Below are positions 19,203 to 27,896 of a DNA stretch of 54,795 nt, piece by piece. The notes beneath the pieces were generated by a model. That model had not been told where the DNA came from and made no database searches. It was given only the letters and a program-made list of their open reading frames with translations. The DNA comes from Thermomicrobiales bacterium. GTDB lineage: Bacteria; Chloroflexota; Chloroflexia; Thermomicrobiales; UBA6265. Location: assembly GCA_025928015.1 (NCBI GenBank), contig JAICKJ010000001.1:1-54795 (forward strand). Reading direction: 5' to 3'. The position numbers and the translations under genes were made by a program. The stretch's first letter is position 1. The number at the start of each line of letters is the position of its first letter.

Positions 19203-19688
19203 CTACGATGGCGTCTCGTCCTCCTCATGTGGCTCGTGGGCGAGGACGAGCATCGCGGTCGCGAATTCCTTGCGTCGGAAGAAGGTGCGGATCTCCGTCC
19301 ACAGCTCCGGCTCCGTGCGGCCCAGCTCCAGCAGGCGGGGCGAGAAGACGATGCTGCCCTGGGCCCGTTGCTCGGTCATGAACTCGGTCGAGAGCAGATC
19401 GGCGAGGTAGATCGTCCCGATGTCCGCGAACTTCTCCCGGTAGTAGGCGATCAGCCGCGCGATCTGCTCAAGGTCGAGCGTGGCGCCGTCGTCGGCCGCG
19501 AACGCGCCGCGCCAGTCGACCACCGCCAGCAGCTCGTCGAGCAGATCGACCCGCTCGCCATGCCGGACTCGCTCCAGCAGGGCATCGACTTTCGCCCGGT
19601 CGATCGGCAGCTCGTGCGGCGTCTGCGGCAAATCCCGGCCGGGCCGGATGCCGTCGGGCAGCGCGCTGTTCGTGTGCTCATCACTCAT
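19203..19688 (-). CDS. Hypothetical protein (161 aa)
   Basis: This is the frame of track ORF 19203..19778, starting at the internal ATG (MSDEHTNS...). Codon bias looks coding. I recognise no domain. Confidence 0.5.
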   Translation of the reverse strand: MSDEHTNSALPDGIRPGRDLPQTPHELPIDRAKVDALLERVRHGERVDLLDELLAVVDWRGAFAADDGATLDLEQIARLIAYYREKFADIGTIYLADLLSTEFMTEQRAQGSIVFSPRLLELGRTEPELWTEIRTFFRRKEFATAMLVLAHEPHEEDETPS

Positions 19689-19958
19689 GCGTCGTCGTGT
19701 CCTGTTCTTGCGTCCCGATCGTCCCTTCCATGCCGGAACCCTACCATGCGAGGTCCGACCGGGACGGTCTGGTACCATGGGGCCGGCATCGCCCGCGCGG
19801 TGTCGCGATCCGGACGCCGCGAAACCAGACCCGCCCCGGCGGCGTCATGACAGGGGACGGCCGGCCGACCTGCGCTGGCCAATCCGGTTCCGCACCGCAT
19901 CATCGTCCGTCCCGGCCGCAGCCGACATCCCCGCCGGGACCACGGAGAAGAGCAGTTC

Positions 19959-22478
19959 ATGAGCTACGGCCGCATCTCCCGATCGAACCAGCGGTTCCCG
20001 GCGGCCCGTCGCCGCGCGGCGCGCTACGGCAACACCCGCTACGGGCAGAAATCGAAAGGGCTGCCGCCGAACCTGCTCGCCTCCGGCCGCGAACGGGCGA
20101 AGCCGAAGGGGCCGATCACCAAGGGCCGGGTGCTGCTCGTCGCCTCCGCGCTCGCCGCGTTCGCCTTCGTCGCGTTCTTCATCTTTACGGTCATTACCGC
20201 CGCGCTTGGCGTGGCTGGCACGATCTCCGCCTACCAGGATGTCAACAAGAATCTCCCAAACGCGGCCCAGATCGCGGCCGACACGTTCCAGACGACGCGC
20301 ATCTACGACCGGAACGGCAATCTGCTGCAGCAGCTCGAAAACCCGGACTACGGCTGGCGCACCTTCGTGTCCTACGACCAAATCTCGCCGAACCTGATCA
20401 ACGCCACCGTCGCCGCCGAGGATTCCACCTTCTGGACGAATCCGGGCATCGAGCCGCTCTCGGTCCCCCGCGCCGCCATGATCTACGCGACCGGCGCCGG
20501 CACATCCGGCGGCTCAACGATCACCCAGCAGCTCGCGCGGTCGCTCTATCCGAACCAGATCGGTTTCGACATCAGCTTCACGCGCAAGGGCAAGGAGGCG
20601 CTCGCGGCCTATGCGCTGACGAAGAAATACTCCAAGCGCGACATCATCACGATGTACGTCAACCAGATCTTCTATGGCTCGCGCTCCTACGGCATCGAGG
20701 CGGCGTCGCAGACCTTCTTCAACAAGCACGCCAAGGATCTCGATCTGGCCGAGGCGGCAATGCTCGCCGGGCTGCCGCAGGCGCCCTCCGCCTACGACCC
20801 CTCCGTGCCGGACAATTTCCCGCTCGCCAAGCGCCGCCAGCGCTACGTGCTCGACCAGATGGTGAAGTACCGGTACATCACCCAGGAGCAGGCCGACGCG
20901 GCCTACAAGGAGCCGCTGCACCCGCGGGATAATCGCAACGGCGCGATCCAGGCGGCGCCGCACTTCACCGAGTACGTCAAGAAGTACCTCATCGAGCATT
21001 ACGGCGAGAAGGCGCTCTACAGCGGTCTGCAGGTCACGACGAGCATCGATCTCGATCTCCAGGCGTCGGCCGAGCAGATCGTGGCGAACGGCGTCCGCGA
21101 CGTGGCCGTTTACGATCGCAACAACGGCGCGATGGTCATCATGGTGCCCTGGAGCGGCGAGATCCTCGCCATGGTCGGCTCGGCGGACTTCAACAACCAG
21201 CTCATCAGCGGCCAGGTCAACTACGCCGACGCCGATCTCCAGCCCGGCTCGTCGATCAAGCCGATCGTCTATTCGGCCGCCTTCGAGAAGGGGTGGAACC
21301 CGGCGACGATGATCATGGACGTGCCGACGACCTGGCAGACGCCCGGCGCGCCCGACCCAACCTACACGCCGCAGAATTACACGTTGCTGAACTACGGCGC
21401 CGTCCCGGTGCGCACCGCTCTCGCCAGCTCGCTCAACATCCCGGCCGTGAAGGCGACCGATTACGTCGGCGTCCAGGGGGTGCTCGACATGGCGCACAAG
21501 ATGGGCATGAAGGAGGGCCTGAACCGCAGCGCGGACTACTACGGCCTCTCGATCGGCCTCGGCGCGGGCGAGGTGCGTCTGGTCGAGCACACCAACGCCT
21601 ACGCGACGCTCGCCAACAGCGGCAAGCACGTCGATATCCACCCGATCATCAAGATCACCGACAGCTCGGGCCATGTCCTCTACGATCTGAACAAGGACCA
21701 GCTCGCCAAGGACTCCCAACAGGTCATCGAGCCCGCTCACGCCTACCAGATCACGTCGATCCTGACCGACAACAAGGCGCGCTCGATGGTCTTCACCGAG
21801 AACAACCTCTTCGGTGATACCCAGGACGCGCTCGGGCGACCGACCGCGGCCAAGTCCGGCACGACCGAGAACTGGAAAGACCTCTGGACGATGGGCTACA
21901 CGACCGATGTCGTCGTCGGCGTCTGGGTGGGCAAGAGCGGCGGTGACAACAACAATCTGCCGCAGATCGACGGCATCGAGGCCGCCGGACCGATCTGGCG
22001 GGACACCATGGAGGAAGTCCATTCCAACCCGGCCTTCGCGAAGCTTTTGGTCGGGCCGGACGGGCGGCCGATCGCCGACGACTTCCCGGTCCCCTCGAAC
22101 ATCTACAAGGGCGCGGTCTGCGCCGCGACTGGCCACCGGCCGGGCAGTGGCGCGACACGGACGGAAGTGCTTGTGCGGGGCGAGGGGCCGACGGAAGCCT
22201 GTGACCAGCTCAATGACTACGAGCAGACGCAGCTGAACCAGGCGTTGACCGCGGTGCGGAGCGGCGGCGCCCGCTGGACGAATGGCGCGGTCGACAGCAT
22301 CTATCGCTACGCCGGCGCCGCCAACTATTCGGGCGTCCCGAACGTGGGCTCCAGCGGCAGCGACAACAACAGCGACACGCAGGTGATCGTGCCGACCAAC
22401 AACGGATCGAACAACGCCGACACGCCGAATAACTCGACCGATGGCGGCAACGTCATTCAGGTCAACGACAATAACTGA
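19959..22478 (+). CDS. Bifunctional class A penicillin-binding protein (glycosyltransferase plus transpeptidase, PBP1A-type)
   Basis: 839 aa with an N-terminal TM. The GT51 motif 'EDSTFWTNPGIE' is present. Transpeptidase motifs are 'SSIKP' (SxxK), 'SLN' and 'KSGTT'. Confidence 0.9.
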   Translation: MSYGRISRSNQRFPAARRRAARYGNTRYGQKSKGLPPNLLASGRERAKPKGPITKGRVLLVASALAAFAFVAFFIFTVITAALGVAGTISAYQDVNKNLPNAAQIAADTFQTTRIYDRNGNLLQQLENPDYGWRTFVSYDQISPNLINATVAAEDSTFWTNPGIEPLSVPRAAMIYATGAGTSGGSTITQQLARSLYPNQIGFDISFTRKGKEALAAYALTKKYSKRDIITMYVNQIFYGSRSYGIEAASQTFFNKHAKDLDLAEAAMLAGLPQAPSAYDPSVPDNFPLAKRRQRYVLDQMVKYRYITQEQADAAYKEPLHPRDNRNGAIQAAPHFTEYVKKYLIEHYGEKALYSGLQVTTSIDLDLQASAEQIVANGVRDVAVYDRNNGAMVIMVPWSGEILAMVGSADFNNQLISGQVNYADADLQPGSSIKPIVYSAAFEKGWNPATMIMDVPTTWQTPGAPDPTYTPQNYTLLNYGAVPVRTALASSLNIPAVKATDYVGVQGVLDMAHKMGMKEGLNRSADYYGLSIGLGAGEVRLVEHTNAYATLANSGKHVDIHPIIKITDSSGHVLYDLNKDQLAKDSQQVIEPAHAYQITSILTDNKARSMVFTENNLFGDTQDALGRPTAAKSGTTENWKDLWTMGYTTDVVVGVWVGKSGGDNNNLPQIDGIEAAGPIWRDTMEEVHSNPAFAKLLVGPDGRPIADDFPVPSNIYKGAVCAATGHRPGSGATRTEVLVRGEGPTEACDQLNDYEQTQLNQALTAVRSGGARWTNGAVDSIYRYAGAANYSGVPNVGSSGSDNNSDTQVIVPTNNGSNNADTPNNSTDGGNVIQVNDNN

Positions 22479-22559
22479 CGCGCGACGAAGCGATCGCCCC
22501 CTCTCCCGAGCAGCAGGAAAGGAGGCGATGCGTTCTTGTCGCTTGCGGCGTCCTGGCGG

Positions 22560-23192
22560 CTACTCCGCTGTCTCCACCTCGGCAGCCGGCTTCGACCGTG
22601 GACGGCCGCGCCGCCGCTTGGGCGCCTCGGCGTTGCCGCCCGTCTCATCGTTCGTCCGCTGCCGGCGGCGCTGCCGCGTCAGCCGCGTGCGCTGGCTGAC
22701 GGTGCCCGGCGGGGGCACGACCGGCGACGAGCCGATCACGGTCGAGAGGACGAGGGTCGTCGAGCACGAGGCACCGAGTGTGCCCAGGTCGTCGATCAGC
22801 TTCTCCAGCTCTTCCGCCGAGGCGATGTTCGCCTTCACGAGGAAGGTCGCATCGCCGGTCACGCGGTAGCACTCCTGGACCGCCGGCTCCGAGCGCAGGC
22901 GGTTGAGGAAGCCGTCATAGTGCCGCTGGTCCAGCTTGGCCGAGATCATGGCGGTCAGCGGCCGGCCGACCGCCGCCGGATTGACCTGGGCCCGGTAGCC
23001 GGTCAGCACGCCGCGCTCCTCCAGCCGCCGCACGCGCTCGATCATCGCGGGGCTGGAGAGCCCGACCCGCTCGGCCAGCGCCTTCATGGTGAGCCGGCCA
23101 TTTGCCTGGAGCTCCGCCAGAATGCGCTCGTCCAGTGTATCGATCGTGGCCACTTTGCCTCCCGTCACGTATTTCGCGGTTGACCCGTTCAT
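22560..23192 (-). CDS. Lrp/AsnC-family transcriptional regulator with a basic C-terminal extension
   Basis: 210 aa. The HTH is 'LDERILAELQANGRLTMKALAERVGLSSPAMIERVRRLEERGVL', followed by a RAM/AsnC_trans_reg domain. A roughly 60-aa tail contains 'KRRRGRPRSKP'. Confidence 0.85.
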   Translation of the reverse strand: MNGSTAKYVTGGKVATIDTLDERILAELQANGRLTMKALAERVGLSSPAMIERVRRLEERGVLTGYRAQVNPAAVGRPLTAMISAKLDQRHYDGFLNRLRSEPAVQECYRVTGDATFLVKANIASAEELEKLIDDLGTLGASCSTTLVLSTVIGSSPVVPPPGTVSQRTRLTRQRRRQRTNDETGGNAEAPKRRRGRPRSKPAAEVETAE

Positions 23193-23332
23193 TTACCGGC
23201 TCAAAGGTTTGGTGGCCTCGTCAACATCAGCGCCTTCGATGCCGGACCCAACGAAATAGTACTGTGCCTGGGTTACCAGAGCAAGGAATAAGCAGGCACT
23301 GTTCCGAGGATTCACCTATGAACGTTTCGTTT

Positions 23333-24058
23333 TCAGCGCGTGGTTCGCGCGCGTTCGCGCGCGGTGGCGTGGGCTGCGGTCTCGAAGGTGTCATCCAGCG
23401 GCGACAGCGTGAAGGATGGGTCGCGGCGGCGCAAACCGGTTTCCAACAGCCAGTCGGCCAGTGTCGGGTTCTTCGGGAGCAGCGCGCCGTGCATGTAGCA
23501 GCCGACCGCCGTGCCGGCGATCGCGCCCTCGGTGCCGTCCTGGCCGTTGTTGCCGCGCCCAACGAGGACCTTGCCCATCGGTTCGACGCCCGGCCCCAGG
23601 TGCGTCAATCCACTGTGGTTCTCGAAGCCGACCAGCTCACCCCAGCGCGACCCGATCAGCACATTGCCAATGAAGCGTTCCGGTCCGGCCTCGGTCACCA
23701 GGTCGAAGAGGCCGATGCCCGGCAGCGGCTCGGCGTCGTGCGGCCGGTATTCGTGCCCGAGCAACTGGTAGCCGCCGCAGATCGCCAGCAGCGCCGCGCC
23801 GTCCGCGACCGCCGCCTTCAGCCGCTCGCCTTTCTCACCCTGGAGATCGCGGGCGACGGCGACCTGCGACTGATCCTGGCCGCCGCCGAAGAAGAAGACG
23901 TCGATCTCGTCCGGCAATGGATCGCCGATGCCGATCTCGCGTACGTCGGCGTCGATCCCGCGCCAGCGGGCCCGCTGCGCGACCGTCTGCACATTCCCCC
24001 GGTCACCATAGATGTTCATCTTTCGGCCATAGAGCCAACCGATGGTCACGCGCATCAT
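23333..24058 (-). CDS. gatD: Lipid II isoglutaminyl synthase, glutaminase subunit GatD (CobQ-type amidotransferase)
   Basis: 241 aa. 'IYGDRGN' and the catalytic 'ICGGYQLLG' are present. It lies downstream of murT. Confidence 0.85.
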   Translation of the reverse strand: MMRVTIGWLYGRKMNIYGDRGNVQTVAQRARWRGIDADVREIGIGDPLPDEIDVFFFGGGQDQSQVAVARDLQGEKGERLKAAVADGAALLAICGGYQLLGHEYRPHDAEPLPGIGLFDLVTEAGPERFIGNVLIGSRWGELVGFENHSGLTHLGPGVEPMGKVLVGRGNNGQDGTEGAIAGTAVGCYMHGALLPKNPTLADWLLETGLRRRDPSFTLSPLDDTFETAAHATARERARTTR

Positions 24059-24094
24059 TGCCCTCCTGAGTCAGCAGCGTCACCAAGCCCACAT

Positions 24095-24227
24095 TCGTCA
24101 TTCTGAGCTTGTCGCAGCATCCCCGCGCGAAGCGGTTGCCCGCAGGCAACACGCGTCCCCCGTGGCAGATGTCCGCTGCGGCGGACCGGCTTCGCTGAGG
24201 GATTCTTCCCGTTGGTCAGAATGACGA
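24095..24227. repeat. REP/MITE-like palindromic element in the murT-gatD spacer
   Basis: Perfect 12-bp terminal inverted repeats are present: TCGTCATTCTGA (24095-24106) and TCAGAATGACGA (24216-24227). The internal 18-mer CGCTTCGCGCGGGGATGC recurs (reverse-complemented here) at about 45087-45104. Confidence 0.7.
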
Positions 24228-24248
24228 GGGACGCGTTGCTCCTCACCT

Positions 24249-25673
24249 CTACTGTTTCCAGAACGTCTCGACCGCGCCGAGGCCGGCGAGTACCTGCCGG
24301 AGATCGAGCATCGCCGTGTAGGTCGGCAGGATGTACGCAGTACTGCCTTCCGGCGCGGCGGCGACGAACTGGTCCAGCGCCTTGGCCAGATCGTCCGGCA
24401 GGGGCGTGATCCGCTCAGGCGGCACCCCGGCGTACTTCAGCCGGTTGCCCATGTCGGTGCCCCGGATACCGGTCGTGAAGAGCGGCCTGTCACCTGGGGC
24501 GAGCAGCTCGAAATCGACATCCCAGAGCCAGGAGACATCGCGCCCGTCGGCGTCGCGGTCATTGATCGCGATCAGCGTCGGCACCGTCAGCCCGCCGGAC
24601 GCCATCGTCAGCATCCGCAGGACTTCGTTGAACCCGACCGGGTTCTTGACCAGCGCCAGCGTCAGCGTGCGATTGCGATAGGTAACCCGCTCGATCCGGC
24701 CGAAGGCAGACCGGAAGGCGGCCAGCGCCGTCGCGATCGTCTCATCCGGCACGCCGGCGACGCGGGCGACCGTGACCGCGGCCAGCACATTGTAGGCGTT
24801 GTAGAGCCCCGGCACGCCGATCTCGATCCTGCCCTCGCCGCCGGGGCCATCGACCGTCATCGCCAGCGATTCGACGCCGCGCAAGTCGATCGCGCGTCCG
24901 GTCATGTCCAATTCCGGCCGTCGGCGGCCACAGGCGGCGCACCTCCAATCGCCAAGGTGGGAGACGTACAGCGCGCCGTAATCGAGGTCGGCGCCACACC
25001 AGCGGCAGGAGGTGGAATCGACCGCGTGGGGGAGGGTGTCGAGCCGCCAGGTCGGGTCATCGAGCCCGAAGCGGACGAGGCGGGCGCGCAGGCCGTCGGT
25101 GAGCGCGACCAACGACGGGTCGTCGGCATTGATAACGATCGTTGTCGATGCATCGAGCGTTTCGAGCGCGCCGCGCCAGCTCCGGACGATGGTGTCCAGC
25201 TCGCCATACCGGTCGAGCTGGTCGCGAAACAGGTTGTTGAGCAGGATGATTCGCGGCCGTGTCAGCCGCACCACGGCCGGAAACGCGGCCTCGTCGCTTT
25301 CGATCACCGCGATCCCGGCGCCGACGCGCCCGGTCAGGGAAGCGTGGCCGGCGAAGGCGGTGACGACGCCGCGCACGAGATTGGACCCGGAACGGTTGTG
25401 GATCACCGCGTGACCGGCTACCTCCAGGATGTCGGCGATCATGCGGGAGGTCGTTGTCTTGCCGTTCGTGCCGGCCACGACGATCGCGCCGTCGGTCAGG
25501 CCGGCGGTGAGCTTGGTGAGGATGGCCGGGTCGATCCGTTCGGCGACCAGCCCCGGCGCCGAGGTGCCGCCGCCGCGTCCCAGCCGGCGGATCGAGGTCG
25601 CGGTCAAGCGCGAGGCGGCGAGCGCCGCCGCGAGGCGTGGATCGATCCGCCGGGCTCCGCCCTTAGTCTCCAC
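24249..25673 (-). CDS. murT: Lipid II isoglutaminyl synthase, Mur-ligase subunit MurT
   Basis: 474 aa. It has the Mur ligase P-loop 'VAGTNGKTTT', a Cys4 ribbon 'CRWCGADL...WRCAACG', and the C-terminal 'DGRDVSWLWDVDFE' (DUF1727 type). Confidence 0.85.
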   Translation of the reverse strand: METKGGARRIDPRLAAALAASRLTATSIRRLGRGGGTSAPGLVAERIDPAILTKLTAGLTDGAIVVAGTNGKTTTSRMIADILEVAGHAVIHNRSGSNLVRGVVTAFAGHASLTGRVGAGIAVIESDEAAFPAVVRLTRPRIILLNNLFRDQLDRYGELDTIVRSWRGALETLDASTTIVINADDPSLVALTDGLRARLVRFGLDDPTWRLDTLPHAVDSTSCRWCGADLDYGALYVSHLGDWRCAACGRRRPELDMTGRAIDLRGVESLAMTVDGPGGEGRIEIGVPGLYNAYNVLAAVTVARVAGVPDETIATALAAFRSAFGRIERVTYRNRTLTLALVKNPVGFNEVLRMLTMASGGLTVPTLIAINDRDADGRDVSWLWDVDFELLAPGDRPLFTTGIRGTDMGNRLKYAGVPPERITPLPDDLAKALDQFVAAAPEGSTAYILPTYTAMLDLRQVLAGLGAVETFWKQ

Positions 25674-26478
25674 TGGCGACCACCACCCAGACGACGCGCA
25701 GATTGTCGAAGTTGGCGTAGGGATAGACCGGCAAGACCAGCTCGTCCGTCTGCGGGTCGATCTGCGCCGTCGTGCCCACCGAGCCGATCGGGATATTGGG
25801 CGGCACCCCGCGCGTCTGCGGCCCTCCCTGATCGGAGGTCACCACCATCTCGCCCGCCTTCGGCTTGGCGTCACGGTTGACGTGCTTCATCACCAATCGT
25901 CCGCCCGATTGCCACTGGCCATACACGACGCCGTCCGCGCGCGTGTCGTTCAGCACCGCGCCGACGCTCTGGCTGTTGTCGATGATCAGCATCACCTGGG
26001 CACTGTGCTCGGTCACGGCGGTGATCTGCCCGATGTAGCTGTTCGGGTCGGTGACCGCCATGCCCTTCTGCAGTCCGTCGGCGGTGCCCTTGTCGATCGT
26101 GATCGAGAGCTGCTGTCCGCTCGGGTCGCTGCTGATGACCCGGGTGCTGATGAAGGTGTAGTTCGGGAACTTCTCCTGCACCTTCTGTTGCTTGCGCAAG
26201 GTTTCGAGCTCTTCCTTGTCCGAGGTCAGCTGGGCGTTCTCGGCCCGCAGCTTGTCGCGCTCGGCCGTGACCGTCTTGAGCTGCTGCTCGAGCTTCGAGT
26301 CGTTCGTCGAGGTATCCGCCATCTTGCTGAACGCCCGCCCGACCGGATCAACGACGGAGCTCAGGGCGCTGTGCAGCGGCGCCAGGGAATCGCGGTTGTC
26401 GAGCATCATCATGCCAGACGCGATCACCACGAAGAGGGCGATCAGGGTGACGGCGCGGCGCGCGGGCACGGTCTTCAT
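25663..26478 (-). CDS. mreC: Rod shape-determining protein MreC
   Basis: 271 aa. It has an N-terminal TM, a coiled-coil ('LEQQLKTVTAERDKLRAENAQL'), and beta-rich 'GMAVTDPNSYIGQITAV' and 'GVPPNIPIGSV' blocks. Confidence 0.9.
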   Translation of the reverse strand: MKTVPARRAVTLIALFVVIASGMMMLDNRDSLAPLHSALSSVVDPVGRAFSKMADTSTNDSKLEQQLKTVTAERDKLRAENAQLTSDKEELETLRKQQKVQEKFPNYTFISTRVISSDPSGQQLSITIDKGTADGLQKGMAVTDPNSYIGQITAVTEHSAQVMLIIDNSQSVGAVLNDTRADGVVYGQWQSGGRLVMKHVNRDAKPKAGEMVVTSDQGGPQTRGVPPNIPIGSVGTTAQIDPQTDELVLPVYPYANFDNLRVVWVVVASGD

Positions 26479-26596
26479 GCCGCTGCCGGCTCCTGTCCGG
26501 CGCGAGTGATCCTCGAAACAAGCTCAGGCACGATCACCATTCCACGAAGCGTGGCGCCCGGGGCGCGCACCTTCCTTGCGACAGGCGACAGGGCGA

Positions 26597-27652
26597 TTAG
26601 CCGCGGCGCAGTTCCTGGCCGCCGGCCAGCGCGCGCTGATAGAGATGGAGCGCCTCGGCCACGCGGCCCGTGCCCCGCGCGACGCAGGTCAGCGGGTCCT
26701 CCGCGCGGTGGACCGGCATGCGCAGCTCGCTCTGCAGCCGGCGGTCCAGCCCCATCAAGAGGGCGCCGCCGCCGGCGAGCGTGATGCCGTGCTCCATGAT
26801 GTCCGCCACCAGCTCCGGCGGCGTCTCCTCGATCGAGTTCTTGACCAGCTCGATGATCGTGTTCACCGGCTGGGAGATGGCGTCCCGGATTTCGACCGAG
26901 CTCACTTCGACCGACTTGGGCAGTCCGGTGAGCAGGTCGCGCCCGCGCAAGGTGACGCGGACTTCCTCTTCCAATGGGTAGGCCGAGCCGGCCGCGATCT
27001 TCGCATTCTCGGCCGTGCGCTCGCCGACGACCAGGTTGTGGTCGCGCCGGGCGTACTGCACGATCGCGTCATCGATCTCGTCGCCGGCCACCCGGAGCGA
27101 GTGGTTGACGACGATGCCGCCGAGCGAGATGACGGCGATCTCCGTCGTGCCGCCGCCGATGTCGACGATCATGCTGCCGATCGGCTCGTTGATCGGCAAG
27201 CCCGCGCCGATCGCCGCCGCCATCGGCTCCTCGATGGTGTAGGCCTCGCGCGCGCCGGCGGAGAGCGCGGCGTCCTTCGCCGCCCGCTTCTCGACCTCGG
27301 TCACCCCGCTCGGGATGCCGATCACGACTCGCGGGTGCGGCGCCATGAGGCGTTGCAAATGCACTTTCTGGATGAAGTGGTGGAGCATCATCTCCACCGT
27401 GTCGAAGTCCGCGATCACGCCGTCCTTGAGCGGCCGGACAGCGACGATCGACTCGGGGGTCTTCCCGACCATCGCCTTGGCTTCCATGCCGACCCAGAGG
27501 GCGCGCTTCGTCTTGGTGTCGATCGCGACAACCGAGGGCTCGGAGATGACGATGCCCTTGCCGCGGACGTAGACGAGGGTGTTGGCTGTTCCAAGGTCGA
27601 TGCCGAGGTCCCGGCTGAAGAAGCCAAAGAGTGTCGAAAGCGGACGGAACAA
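26597..27652 (-). CDS. mreB: Rod shape-determining protein MreB
   Basis: This is the frame of track ORF 26597..28102. The start is a TTG at 27652, preceded by GGAGG plus 8 nt. Blocks 'DLGIDLGTANTLVY', 'DIGGGTTEIAVISLGG' and 'LAGGGALL' are present. Confidence 0.9.
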   Translation of the reverse strand: MFRPLSTLFGFFSRDLGIDLGTANTLVYVRGKGIVISEPSVVAIDTKTKRALWVGMEAKAMVGKTPESIVAVRPLKDGVIADFDTVEMMLHHFIQKVHLQRLMAPHPRVVIGIPSGVTEVEKRAAKDAALSAGAREAYTIEEPMAAAIGAGLPINEPIGSMIVDIGGGTTEIAVISLGGIVVNHSLRVAGDEIDDAIVQYARRDHNLVVGERTAENAKIAAGSAYPLEEEVRVTLRGRDLLTGLPKSVEVSSVEIRDAISQPVNTIIELVKNSIEETPPELVADIMEHGITLAGGGALLMGLDRRLQSELRMPVHRAEDPLTCVARGTGRVAEALHLYQRALAGGQELRRG

Positions 27653-27896
27653 GGACGGGACCTCCGCGGTATGTGCCCTGAGACGACTATGCAGACGGTG
27701 ACTGGAGCGCGGCCCAGCCGCCGCGCGGGTGCGGTGTGTGGGGAGCGACTTGACGACCCCGCGTCTCCGCGTCAATCTGCCGGGACGCGCCGTGGCGCCG
27801 GGCCGCACAGCAACTGCAGGATTCGCCGCGGGTCGCGATCTGCCACCCGGCTGACGCGCCGGAGTATAGCATGCCGGGTCTGGCCCCGGCGGGAGG

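Noticed and set aside
22536-23183. A 215-aa plus-strand ORF overlapping the Lrp gene.
   Set aside because: It is antisense to a clear Lrp/AsnC protein, and its product is Arg/Ala-rich with no motifs.
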